Below, piece after piece: positions 26,422 through 38,900 of a DNA stretch of 64,000 bases. This DNA is from Amphiscolops sp. MND2022 (lineage: Eukaryota). The translations under genes and the position numbers were made by a program. The notes under the pieces are model-generated. The model made no database searches and had not been told where the DNA came from. It saw nothing but the letters and a program-made list of their open reading frames with translations. Positions within the stretch are counted from its first letter, which is position 1. The number at the start of each line of letters is the position of its first letter. The DNA lies in the NCBI GenBank assembly GCA_964187785.1, contig OZ076409.1, forward strand, positions 14,138,001-14,202,000, read 5' to 3'.

Positions 26422-29400
26422 GTGACAACATTTTGGCGATCCCACAGCACATTCGGTTCAACTCTCACCAACTCCCGGGAAACTACCCCTACGAAAGTGC
26501 TACCATTTCGGGGACTAAAACAAATGCTGTTAGTACCACTGGATCTCTCACTAAGTGAAATATAAAAAACGGAACGCATGAAAATTTTTGAGCTCTCAAA
26601 ATGTCAAATTATTGCCAGCAATCTTTTTCAGCTGGTCAATCATTCAATTTGACAAAATTTCTTTCACACATTCGAGTGTCAGAGAACTTTCAAACATCAG
26701 AAGTGCGAACAAAATGACTGGTAAAGATGTATAGACTTTCTCGGAAGGTTTAAACATGCTTTCATGTATTTAAAGATGTGATTACGCAATGAAAGCTTCA
26801 TTTTGAATGCATTACAGAAAAGAAAAGAGAAAAGAGAAAGTTTACAACTATTACAATTTTGAAGAGTGAAATTTTTATGCGTTTCGTTTTTTTTATTCAC
26901 CTAGTAATCTGTCATTCATTCGTTTATTCATGTGTTACTTAATACCGAGTTGAGTTGTCGTTGTTTGTAAACATTGCATGCATTTTATCATTTAGAATCA
27001 ATCACACGTCAATCATGTATCGTCAACCCTCCTTTTTGATTTTTGAGTGTTTTTCAAGCAAGTAGATGTAATTTTACTCATCCCTGAAATGATTTGTATG
27101 AGTCATTCTGGGTTGGCTTCTCAACAGCACAATGAGGTTTGACTTCGAAAAAATAACATCAGAGCGTAAACTGCTATTTGAGCCCAACATTTTCCCTATG
27201 AAACCAGATGTGAGATTTTCAAGATTTTCCACAAAATTTCAAAGTGCACATCTCTTCAATTAATAGATCTCTGAACTTCAAATTTTGTGAGAAAATGAGT
27301 CCCAGTTTGTTTTTTTTTCTGGTTGCATGTGAATTCAACCCTGGAATGAATTCATGAAAGCTCCCTGAATGTTTAGCTAGACAAGAGCGGAAGCGGCAGT
27401 CCCACCGCAGACCTATCTGTAAGTGATCCATGAGAGAACAAAACAACTTCACGGGGTTATAGTTTGAAAGCAAGCTCCCTTCTAAAAACGGACGTGAAGT
27501 TTTAAACAGATAACCGCGCAATAAAAGATAACACATTAAAGACCGCAAACTTCAATTTATACATATATTTTATGTTTGATGCTGTAGTTTTTTCGTAGGA
27601 GCTATCAATATGTTCAGTGTGTTAATATTACGTCGTCCAATCTGATCAAGAGTATATGCAACATTGATCGAACATTTTTCGATTAGTTGATAATTTTTTT
27701 TCTGATATTTTGGTTCTCTGTTTAATGATTCACACTCTCCTCCAAAATCAACTGTTTCCCTTACTGTAGCACTGTGTCAAACACATGACCTGTATATACT
27801 TTTTGACACACCGTTTCAACTGGTAGTACCATCGCATGTGGCATGAATGGCGCTTTTTGTTCACACCTCGTGTTTCAACTTCTAATCATTAGGTGTTCTC
27901 TGTACACGGTGTCCTAGAATGCGTTTTGACCCTGCACTTTGGAAAACTTGAAAAACTAGTCTAAGCAAACCCAGTGATCGAAGCCATGGTATCCTTGCCA
28001 AGATCCGTGGCAAACTCTTGCTAGCCTTGCCATGATCTAGGCAAGGATACCATGTAAGATCGTGCAAAGCTAACCATGATCTTGGCAAGGATTCCAAGAT
28101 TTACCATGTTCTTGACAAGGGTTCCATGGTAGCAAATGTCTAGCAAAAAGTTTTTTTGGAAAACTCTGCACTCAACCTTTTGCTCTTCATCTAGATATTT
28201 TACTCAGATCAAAGTTCTCACTCAGTTCCATGGTAGCCAATGTCCATGAAGATCTTTTTGAGAGCCAACTTCAGAAGACCTGCTTTCCAAAATGTCTCAA
28301 GATAACTCGATAATTGGAAAATATTTGAACACTGGATAAGTGCGTTCAAAATAATCTATGAATTAAACAATTCGCTGCTACTGTATCGAAAATATCGGTA
28401 TACATCTAAGAAAGAATTAACCGTCTGCGAGGTACTTGAAAATCCTAGCTCAGCTGTGATAATTTTATAAAACACTGCTGTTTTTTAGATGGTACTTCGA
28501 AAATCTTTGTAACGTAACTTGAAAAATTATACCTTCTACCTGTGTGATCCGGAGCCGTTGGACATATTGTGTCTTCAGAAGTTTTCCCGAGCTATTCGCG
28601 AATTGATTCATTGATGATGTTTTCAGATAAAACAGGGTCTCGTATAAAGAGGATAAGTCATACAGGTTTGTGAGAAGTGGAAATCGATGTACACACTAAG
28701 TTTGAGTCCTACCTACACCTGGGAATGTCAGATATTGATTGATTTGATTCAGCTGGAAAGTTTGTTCATCAATTGAAAGCAACTGGTTTTTGCCCTTGTT
28801 TCAAGTAGTTTCATCAAAACTCACATGAATGTTTTCTATGTGGCAAAAAGACTGAAAACTTTGATTAAATGAAGTTTGAGAGAAACTAAATTTTCAATCT
28901 ACTGATTTTTAGATGAGTCATTTAATTAAATAGTATAAATGAATTCACAAAAGATCACCCTGTCTCACGAAGTTTCTCACTTCTTCGGTAAACAAATTAC
29001 CATGCATTTATCAATTGTTTGGAGTAGTTTAAGTCGGCGCTTTTGATTAATGTAAGGCTAAAATCGTCAGACTATTAGTCACTTTTCAGTCGACGCCTTT
29101 TGAGTTTTGGCAAGTTTTTCAGTCGCAAGTTTTTTTCAGTGCAAAATATTTTTAAACTCTTACCAAGATCTTGAATATTCTTACATATCTCCATTTCCTG
29201 TTGAAAGTCTTGATACGATCTTGTTTATTCTTGCTTCACGAAAACCTCTTGAAATTCTTGATAGGAATTTTGGTAAGAGTATAATCAAGAGCGTCAAGAA
29301 AATGAATACTTGTAAAACAAACAACAATTTTGTTTACAAGTACTTTGCTTTTGTTCGCACTACCAGCTACAATATCTTTCTTACAAGTATCGGCTATAGA

Positions 29401-32400
29401 ACAAGGTGTTGAAATTTAGAACGTGATAGCTTCGTTGGTAGTGGCAACAGCTGCGGTAAATAGATATGCTGATCAAGCCGAAGTTGGCGTTCATGTTTGT
29501 TTTCATTCACTGTTGTCAATTTTTCTCTTAAAATCCTGGCAATGTCTTGTAAGATCGTACATTTTCTTGGCGCTTTTGATAAGAATCTTGCCAAGGTTCT
29601 AACCAAAGGTTTCACGGAAATGTAAGATTCGTATCAAGAATTTCAAGAGTTTTCTCACTGGGCGGCTTTCTTTGATCAAAGGCCCAAGACTCCTCTAGTG
29701 AGAAATTGTATTTCGTCAGTCACCCTGTAACGTCTTCTTATCATATATTTTAAAATAAATATCACTCAACAAAGAAGGTATTCCCGCTTTTTGACCTAGC
29801 GGTTAACAGAAATTTTAGGACCTGGAGACCGGTCCTGAGAAGCAGGAGTACGTGGGTTCGAGTCCCTTACTAAACCAAATTGTTTGACTTGCGAAGGTTA
29901 AGGAAAAAAGGAAAGACCCTTCGGTGTTTTTCGGTACTATGCAACTGTTTTTAGTCGGCGTTTTCGAAGAAAATCCCGACTCTTACAGTGGCTAGTTTTT
30001 TTTCGTCAATTCAACGCGAACGTCCACTTTTTGTGCATTATAATGCACATTTACCAACTTTTACCATATGTACTTAATACTTCATTTTCAACGCATCCAA
30101 AGCGTCTAACATTAGGAAAAGCGTCCCCCCTTTTACATTTTCGGCACTATGCGACTTACCGGAAACTTCGAAAAAAATTCAAAAAAAATTCGGGAATTTT
30201 TTTTTCTCAATTTTTAGTTTTTTGAGAGCTTTTGTTGTCTCCAGTTGTAGAAAAAGTGGTTTTCGAGTCTTTTTGAGCCTTAGATATGGCGCCGACTTGG
30301 GCCGTTCCCGGCTTGTTCGATTTTGCGGAAGCCCCTTTTCGCGTTTTGCGAGGGCCCCTTAGAATTTTTCGGCACTATGCGACTTATCGAAAAAATATTT
30401 TGGGAGAATATTTGTTTTTCACGACTTTTGCTTTTTTCAGAGGTTTTCTGTTTTTCGCGTCTTAAGGGTCCCTTCTTTGGTGATTTTTTGGTCCTGTGTG
30501 ACTAATGACAGTTTTCTCAATAATTTTGAGAAGACCTACAGTTTTTCGGCACTATTTTTCGAAAAACCAGTTTATCTGGTCAAAGGTTGCGCCTTTACTT
30601 TTTTGAAAATGTTTCAGCACTATTAGGCATTTTCAGAAAAACATATTGGTCGTGTGGAACTGATGAGAGTGCATTGTTCCTAAAATCCTTAAGGACCGTT
30701 CTGATTATATTTAAGAGACTGCTCATTTTTGAACCTTTAACAGGGGACCGACTTGAGCCAATCTCGTCTTGTCTCTGCCCTTGAAGAAAAATACTATAAG
30801 TTTTAAAAAGTAGAGAATTCCTATAGATTCAGAATCAAAACCATCAGTTGTTTATTTTCGACTGAAACTACTGACTGAAATCATTTCATTGCTGGTGCTA
30901 TGCGAAGATTGCGTTGACACAAGGTTCACTTTTCTTCCATGATTCGAATCGAGATCATTTCAATGGGTAGAAAAAGATATGAATGTGAATAGGCATCCAC
31001 TGAGGGTAATCTTTTTGATCTTGCCAATAAAAATGAGCTGCATGATTAAAAAGTCAGAGAACATCCAATTAAAGCTTGAACATTACTGATATTTTCTTCA
31101 CTCCAAATTCTGATTCAGTCCCTATCCTCTTTTGAAATTTATATTGAGCTTGGTTAGGATACCAGTTTCTACAAAAATTTCATTTATCTTAGCAATAGGC
31201 AACTTTCGTTCGACAGATACGTTTAAGATCTTCAAACTTCAGTAATAACCGAAGTATGAATCATTCTGCTTGATAAATTATTTCGGCCAGTTTCAAAAGA
31301 TTACCTACTGTCAGAACTTCTTCATTCCTCCCCCTCTCACGTTAAAAAACTAAATTTTTACATAATTAATTCCTCCAAAACAACTTTTCAACAATTCTTG
31401 AGTAACTCTTTTTTGATGGTTCCTCTTGAATGCACATAATTATAAGCTACTAATTCATGCTAACTTTACAACTTTTTCGCAACTTTTCGCGTGTGGGGGG
31501 AGAAGGAGAAAGCTGTGGTTTGTGAAATGGTAACTTCATGACCATGTAAATGTATGTGGCGCGTTGTATGTGGCGCGGTGTCTGAGAATGTGACTCATGC
31601 TGTTTTAGACCTTTCACCCCTCACGAAGCATGTCAGATGGGGCGAACGCCTTGAATATGGTGTATCCTAACTCCGTTTCTACACCCACCAAATCTAAGCC
31701 TCCTTCTCACATGGGTGGGGGTCCCACTGACATTAATAGCCCCACCCCCACCCCAAATACAGGTGAGTCATAACCACGACCAGTTAATGATTATGGATGG
31801 TTGGTTAATATTAGTCACGTTTTGTTCTAGTTGCTTGAACGTAGACCCAACAACATCTAACTGGTTTATTACGTCTGGGTACTAATCGATGTTGAAGTTT
31901 TGCTGTTTCAAACAAACCCTAAATTTGTTTCGTGTAATTAGCTTTAACATTTTTCGTACCATTTAAGAAGCCAGCTGGTTAAAATGTGTTTCTTTTATAC
32001 CGTCAGTAGCGAAGGTATAAAATAAATCTGAGATTCAGGCCGAGATAAGCCAGTAAGAAGCATACAAGTGTTGGATTAAGAATTCAATGATTGTTTTCAA
32101 GCTTTCTGGATTAGTTCGTTTCTTTTGAAGATCAAGTGCTCCGCTGAATAAATTTTTACAATGTTTCCTTCCTTATCTTTTTCAGCACTTCTTTTACAAA
32201 AGAAGTTTTGTTTCTCAGCATTGTCTACGTTTGGTGTTTAAAAAATCAAATTATTACAAGAGACTGTTCAATTTAAGAGCCAAATAATAACTATACTAGC
32301 ATGTTCCTCGCGAAAAAAAGTTTTTTTTGTATACAGTATTTACAAATCACAAAAAGTACGAAAATAGAATTCGCGATTAAGAAGTTTGTTCTAAGAGAGC

Positions 32401-32922
32401 TAACTTCTATTTTTCGTTTCAGCGAACTTATATGCAAACTCACCCAAACCCATAACCCCCCAAATGAGCGCCAAAGGACTTCCCCCCGTAGAGTACCCTT
32501 CCAACAGCCGAACCTCCCAACGAAAACCTTCGCTCGTTTCTGGACCAACCAACCACAGTGAGACCGATGACAGTTCCCCGGAAGTTCCCCCGAGACCCTC
32601 GGACCCGGATCACCCTAGAAATTCTGGCACCATAATTAGGCCCGCTAACCAGGTGCTATACCCACCCATGAACGGGCACGAGAAGTGGAACCTTCCCTCC
32701 GAGAACTCGTTCCGCAATAGTTCTCACCCCAAATCTCCAGTTGCAACCAAAAACAGTGAACTCGAAGTGCCAGGTCCACAAGAACTTCAAATAAGTTCGG
32801 AGGCACCGGATCTGTGCCAAGATGTGAAGGACAGTTTGGAGAGAAACCAACGTTCGCTTAGAGGTCAAAAAAAGGTCACGGTGGCCACTGATGATCCGAA
32901 CAACAGGACAGCTAATGTCTAA
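26422..32922 (+). CDS. Probable last three exons of a host gene (26422-26554, 27381-27418, 32423-32922); Pro/Ser-rich disordered C-terminal tail, product unknown
   Basis: Each segment has an AG acceptor, the first two end in GT donors, and phases chain (1-2, 2-1, 1-stop) into one frame: GDNILAIPQH...GSLTK-QERKRQSHRRPI-SNLYANSPKP...RTANV*. First donor (GTGAAA) is weak. Confidence 0.55.
27970..29662. mobile_element. Non-autonomous DNA element with CCCAGTGA termini and subterminal TCTTGCCAAG-like repeats (EnSpm/CMC-like)
   Basis: CCCAGTGA at 27970 and TCACTGGG ending 29662; many CTTG(G/C)CAAG motifs near both ends; no TSD seen. Confidence 0.55.
29948..30317 (+). mobile_element. HINE-like family, full-length copy nested in an older related copy (~29800-30772)
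   Basis: TTTTTAGTCGGCG start; end GGCGCCGACTTGGGCCGTTCCCGGCTTGTT. Confidence 0.75.
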
Positions 32923-33466
32923 ATGTTTCAAAAACTGGCGACCCTGGAAATAGTGAAAATTCATGACGCAATTTGCTAAGCTTCTGCGCAATTGATTTGC
33001 CTTTCTCTTCTTGATATGCTTATCCAAATTTGTGTTTAATTTGAATGTTATTATTTTTATACCAATGTTGAATGTAACTCTTAATATAAATTTCTTCGTG
33101 CTGTAAAAAAACTAATCTATTCAAACTTCGCTTGGAAAACAGAGGAGGGGAAAAGAGCAGAGATGACTTCAAGTTTCCTGAGTATCGATGATCCAATCTT
33201 TTTAACAATTGAGGTTTGTAGCATTAAGCAATCCTGTGTTATTTTTCGTGCCAATCACAGCATGCGAAAAACATTGTCTTACTTCTCAAAAGCAATCAAA
33301 AGATTGCCAATTAGTTACCCCACAGAGAAATATTAAGCTGATAAAATACAAAAAATCACCCTCCATGTAGCGTTATCCATGATGAGGGACGGCGTCAGGA
33401 AATGCTCGGAATTTAAACATTGATCAAAGAATTTCTACAAAAACTTGTTTTTGAAGTTGAAAATTC

Positions 33467-33925
33467 AACAAGCCCTGAACGGCCCAAGTCGGCGCCCCGT
33501 TTAGGGTTCGAAAAGATCAAAGTGTTCTAAATGTGCAAAAAGGACACTATTTGGAAACTTTCTCTCAAATATGCAGTGCCGAAAAATACCCGAAGAAATA
33601 CCAATAGACTCGAAAACGACTTTTTCATTAACTGCAATCGTTGAAACAATTTTTGTGAAAACTTTGAAAAAAGTTGTTCATCTCGGAAAAAAGGCCTCAG
33701 TATTGAAAAACTTCCCACTATAAAAGTCATTCCCTTTCGACTAAAAAGTGCCGACTGAAAAAGAAAGGCCCTGCGGATGTTGAAAATGAAAGCGAGGAAC
33801 TTTTGAATGTTTTCGAAGTTTTGACATTCAGCACTCTATGGTCACTTCGACCGCAATTAAGCCATAAAAAATTGACGAAAGGCCACTATAATTGTCGTTT
33901 CGTTTCACAAAACGCAAATGACAAA
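33467..33925 (-). mobile_element. HINE-like family copy immediately left of the Gypsy insertion
   Basis: AACAAGCCCTGAACGGCCCAAGTCGGCGCC end motif; diverged body. Confidence 0.6.
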
Positions 33926-33943
33926 CACTTCAGGAAGTAGTAT

Positions 33944-34877
33944 TGTCAGAACGAGTCACGTTCGTGTTAATAACGGTGTTGAGTCCGCTACCTTCGATCG
34001 CCGGTGATGATATTTTCTCAGTAAGGGCTAACACAATGTTTGTTAATTCACTGATTTGTTTATTCATCTCCATGAAACGTTGATCAACGGAATTCAAACT
34101 GGAATTTTGTCTAACATTGATTAAATCCCCATTCTCGAATTCATTTATCTGGTTTCTAGATAACGTGTTAGGGAAACTATATTCGCTCTTGTTGTCACTA
34201 TTTTGTTCCTTTCCGCTAGAACACGCAGCATAACTATCTACGTTTTGAGATCTAGTATTGACCATCTTTGAACCTTCGAAAGGAATTGTTGTTTTAAAGG
34301 TTTATTGATTTTAATTGAAAATATGAATAATCAAGTTTTGACTAAATCAATGAGGTAAGCAACACTACGTTAGGCTGTGTAAAACTTCGTACTGATGGTA
34401 CTTCAACTCTTGTCGCAATTTTTACTGCAGTTGGTCACGTGACTGCATTGACCAATAGTATTGCGCTATTGATTAGGTATTAATTGGTGCGTCCTGCTGG
34501 TAGCAACGTAAATGGTGTTTTGTACAAAAGGTAGCACCAATATGTTACCATGGTTACATGAATCATCTATCACTTGCGTTGGTTGATACAAATTGCGTCT
34601 ATGATGGTGCACTACCAACGTTATATATGATAGTACATTTTGCTGATGAAATTAAATATGGTGAAAGCACTTGTACGTAGCGTGTAATGAGTAAATGATG
34701 TCAACGTTTACAATTCGTTTTTTATTTTAGAAAGTAATAATAATGATGGGATAGGCCCGTCATTGTTCGATGGTAATTCATGGTTATTGAAATATCAAGG
34801 GTATTACATTTAACTGAGTTTTTTTTTAAATGTTTAGAGTAATCTTTATCAGTTTCATTCATGCTTCCGGCATGACA
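33944..34877 (-). repeat. 3' LTR (934 bp)
   Basis: TGTCA...TGACA termini; about 15 substitutions and 1 indel versus 48753-49685 by eye (~98% identity). Confidence 0.97.
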
Positions 34878-34889
34878 CTCCCCCTCTTT
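34878..34889 (-). promoter_or_regulatory. Polypurine tract
   Basis: Minus strand AAAGAGGGGGAG directly abutting the 3' LTR. Confidence 0.93.
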
Positions 34890-35907
34890 AAAAGAAAAAG
34901 CGATGTGCAGGGGTCTTTGAAAATCTGATAGCGGGGAGGTGAGGTAAATGTAGTAGCTTCAATTATGCAGTAATTATTGGCTGTTTAATCGTTCTACGAA
35001 GGTGATTTGACTGGTGTAGTGACCTCAGCTAGTGTTGGATTGTCCGTTACGGATGATGTCATAGCAACCACGTCGTTAGTGATGAGTCGCTTTGATGGCT
35101 TGGAGTACTCGGATTGTTTGGGACCAATTGTTACTTCGATTCGGTACAGCAACTGAGAGGAAGAGAATGAGTTTAGCGTAACGAGTGAACCACTTCGGTA
35201 AATAGTAATTGTAGAGTCGGTGTGGCGAGAGTAGCCACGTCATCCAATTGTGCGCGTCGTTTGTAGTAAGAGTTTAAGTAAGAATGAATCTGCCGGAAAT
35301 TAGTTGAACGTGGCAGCGTGATATAATTACTCGGCTCATTCGGTAACTGTTCGGAAGTGAATGTAGTGGAACATCGTACGCTTTGTCAACAAATCTTCGT
35401 CGGTGCTAAATACGAGAGTAGAAGTAAGCTTGGTTACGGTTGATTCAGTTGTTGATTGAAGTTGTTCTTATCCAGTTAGCGATATACCAGGTGGATGTGA
35501 TTTGACTAGCGGTAAATCGGTTCAGTGAATGCTGTCTGCATCTAGGTTGCTCTGCGTGGAAAACTCAATTGCAGTGTAGTAAGACTTCCGAATTTGGCAT
35601 TTTGTTTTCTTGGTTTTCTCTTTTCCCTTTCTTTTCTTTAGTTTTGAGTAGGATCCAGCGATCTTTAGTATTCGAACGCAACCGTTCTTTGAGTTTGAAT
35701 TTTTCTGAGTGAATTATTTTCGAGTAAATTCGGTTGAAATTTCTCTTTGTGATATTCCGGTGTCTTGTGAACACGGAGGGTGTGGGTGATCAGACCACAT
35801 CTCGTATTGTCAAAGACGCTGAAGCCTTGTAGATCGCGAATTCTACAGTTATAGATCCTTGTTGTCTCGTTCGCCATTGGTTGTTCGTGATTAGTTCCAT
35901 TACTTGG

Positions 35908-38900
35908 ATGTTATCCCCCGAATTGTCTGAAGAAGAAGTTGCATCGATTGTGATAGCCGCGGAAGGCGCGCTAGCTGAGATGTCAAATTTGGAGCAGTTA
36001 TCTGATGAAGAAGGTTTCCAAGCCTCAGTTGATACGTTGTTGGAAGGAGAGACACCATCAGTGTGCTGCCAGTTTGCTCAGCGTGTGAATTCGTCCAATG
36101 TAGAGGCTGCTACTACTTTGTTGGAGATAGCTCTCTCCAGTGAATTCCGTAAGTAAATCCGTAGTTATCATTTTCCTTCTTTATGGCTACTGAGACGGTC
36201 TTTCAACGTGCTTGCTATTGTGTGCTTTGTAATTAGGGGTAAGCTCGTCAAGGTAATTGAAATGTTTGTTGCATTGGTATTTGTGTAATGTAGTTACCAA
36301 CGTCTCGACTAAAAGGACTTCCCGGAAACTATTACCTTGGGTAGACTTCTGGGCATTGCAAATGGTACTCATAGGTTAGATTGTACCATGTATGTTGCAG
36401 AATCTTTGAGTCTGACCGATATCGTCGCCGCTCTACGACGAATGCTTCGACAGAATGAGCCTCCAGTAGTTGCATCTCCCGTGAGTGCCGTCGAGACTGG
36501 GCTCCGGAATTATGTATACAGCCAAACTGGTAAGTCTGTTCGCTAACTGATCCATTATTGTAACGAAGGTGTTGCATGATCGTTATTGCTCTGTACGGCG
36601 TGTCAGTTTTTTATGGTTGGCTTCGCGATTCACTCTCGTTTACACGATGTGTAGTAATCTGCGTTGTTATCTTTTGGGTGGGATGTTTCCAGGTACGGCG
36701 TTGGGTGGCTTGTTAACTCTAGACGACGTCGTTGCTGCTATCGCTCGACTGCAAAATGAGTTGTCCGGCGTGGTTAAGGCCACCATCGAGTCCACTCTTG
36801 GTCAGCTCGGGACAGTTGGGGCAATGGCTGTGGATGAGTTTGTCGGTCAGCTGACTGCAGCAGTTTCCCGTTTAGTCCCTGCTAGTGGCTTGAAAGCAAC
36901 CGTGCCTGGGGAGGATGCCCCCTCATATCGTCATCATCATCTGTGGGTGTTGCGCCAGTTGAAAGTGATGCTCAAAAAGACTTGTCCGTCGTAAGTCGAA
37001 CGGCATCGATGGTTCCTTCCATTTTTGGAGAATGGACCGTAGCAGGATCATCCAGTGCAGGGAAAGTGGCTGCTGCTAAACCTGGTAAGAATCTCAAAAG
37101 ATCATGGGCGGGGTTTTAGTGAACACTAATGTTAAGATTATCAAGAGACAAGACTAGATATATATGTTTTTTTGTTTTTATATATATGGGACTATTTAAC
37201 GCGTTGTGTGTTTGCGTTCTAGCTCGTGCTCGGAAGATCAAGACGCTCAAGCCGTCTTCCTTTGTTTCTGGCGTCGTGGGGACCTTCGTTGGATTCCCCC
37301 GGAACAAGCGGGTGATTGACGGTTACGCTCGATGTTTACTTTGTCGTGCGGATTTGAGCATTGCAGGACGTGGTCTGTCATCGTTATGGGATCACTGGAA
37401 GGGAGTTGAACACACCCGATTGGAGCAAAAGTACAGGATTATGACACACAGGCCATTGTTGGACAAGTCTTGCAGACTAGTATCTGCAGAAGAAGATCGA
37501 CGGATCAGACGTGCTCGGCTGACCGAACCGCCGGTCTTTCTAGAGTCTGCGCTAAAGTTAACTGTGGAGGAGCGAATAGCCATTGAGGAGGCAGAGGCTG
37601 AAGAAGGCGCGCGTCCGCATTTGCAGGACGAAAGTGTGAATTACTTGTGGCTGAGTAATTTCGTCTCAAGTTTTCTGACTGTGACGTCCTTTGATGGGTT
37701 GCTCCGGTCGCTGGACTCATGGAGGGACTGTATGGCAAATGAACTTCGTTTTGAGTGCCGTACTCTGACCTACTCTCGATGTCAGGTAAAAATCAGATTT
37801 TGCAGTTATTATTAAGTTGTACTGGTTACTTAGTTAACTTGCTAGTCATGTGGTTGCTATCGGTGCATTGTTACTCTTTTCGGGTACGGGTGTTGTGTTT
37901 GCCTAAGTTTTTCGGTAATTTTATCAGTTTGTTTGATTCTGTTTAGAGTCTCGTGCTGTATGGCTTGTACCAGTATGCAGTTGAGCAGTTAGACGCACTG
38001 GTTGCAGCAAGCTCTTGCATCGGCGTTTGCATCCGTCAGTGCGATTGGCGGTGGTGTGGTGAGCTCCACATCGTTGGCGTAAGATAATGAATAGATATAG
38101 ATGAAATTTATAAAAAAAATAGATTAAATTATTTCTCATAGTATAAATAGATATTTAGAAAGTCCATGGCATAACTTCAGTGGTCTTGGCGCTTGTTTCC
38201 GGTGGAACTGGATGGGAGAAGCGGCTGTTGAACAACGTCATCCCAGTTCTTGCGTGTCTCAAAGACAGAACTCAATTGAAGACGATTGCGCGTGTCTCAA
38301 AGACAGAACTCAATTGAAGACGATTGCGGTAGAGGGTGATGTACATGTTGGGCGGGCGTTGGCTGCAGTGGTATCGCCTAAGACTCCTCTCGTGGTGGGG
38401 TTGATTACGCAGCGGTCAGTGTTCAACGAGGTACAAAAACAGTTTCTCGCAGAGTTCGCGGGTCTAGATCCCCTCAGTGTCCTCGAGTACTTTCGTGTGA
38501 GGCTGATGTCCGTTGCTCAAGAGGGTTTCTTAGACCGTTTGTCGTTATTGCGGCGGGTTAGTAAAGAAAACCCTTTTTTTGTGTAGTTCATGGCATTTGC
38601 GTAGGATTTCGATTGTTTGGCTCTGGTAAAAAGGTAGATCGTGTTCTTGTTTTGTAGTATTTTCGACTCGGTGGAGATGACGTGTCCCAACTTGCACTGG
38701 TTTGCGCAGAAGTGGTGGACTACTGGAATGATTTGGCGCTGTACTTTGGTACTCATAGACCGGGAGTGACGTCAGAACTGCGTCCGATTACTCCTCTAGA
38801 AAGTCAGGTGTTCGAGGATGCACTGATTCGGCCTCGTTTTGCTGTTCTGCGCCTAGTGCTAGATTTGAGTGAGTATGGGTTTATATGCGGTTGATCGGAT

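Noticed and set aside
29820..29875. tRNA gene
   Set aside because: Only a T-arm/B-box is recognisable; no complete cloverleaf; embedded in a repeat. Same for the 23020 and 51350 regions.
34643..34670. Hammerhead-like core CTGATGA...GAAA in the LTR
   Set aside because: The intervening AATTAAATATGGT does not form stem II and no stems I/III are evident.
36991..36996. Strong GTAAGT donor as the end of cargo exon 3
   Set aside because: Its phase does not match the 37223 acceptor in either frame; the 37085 donor with a 1-nt correction does.
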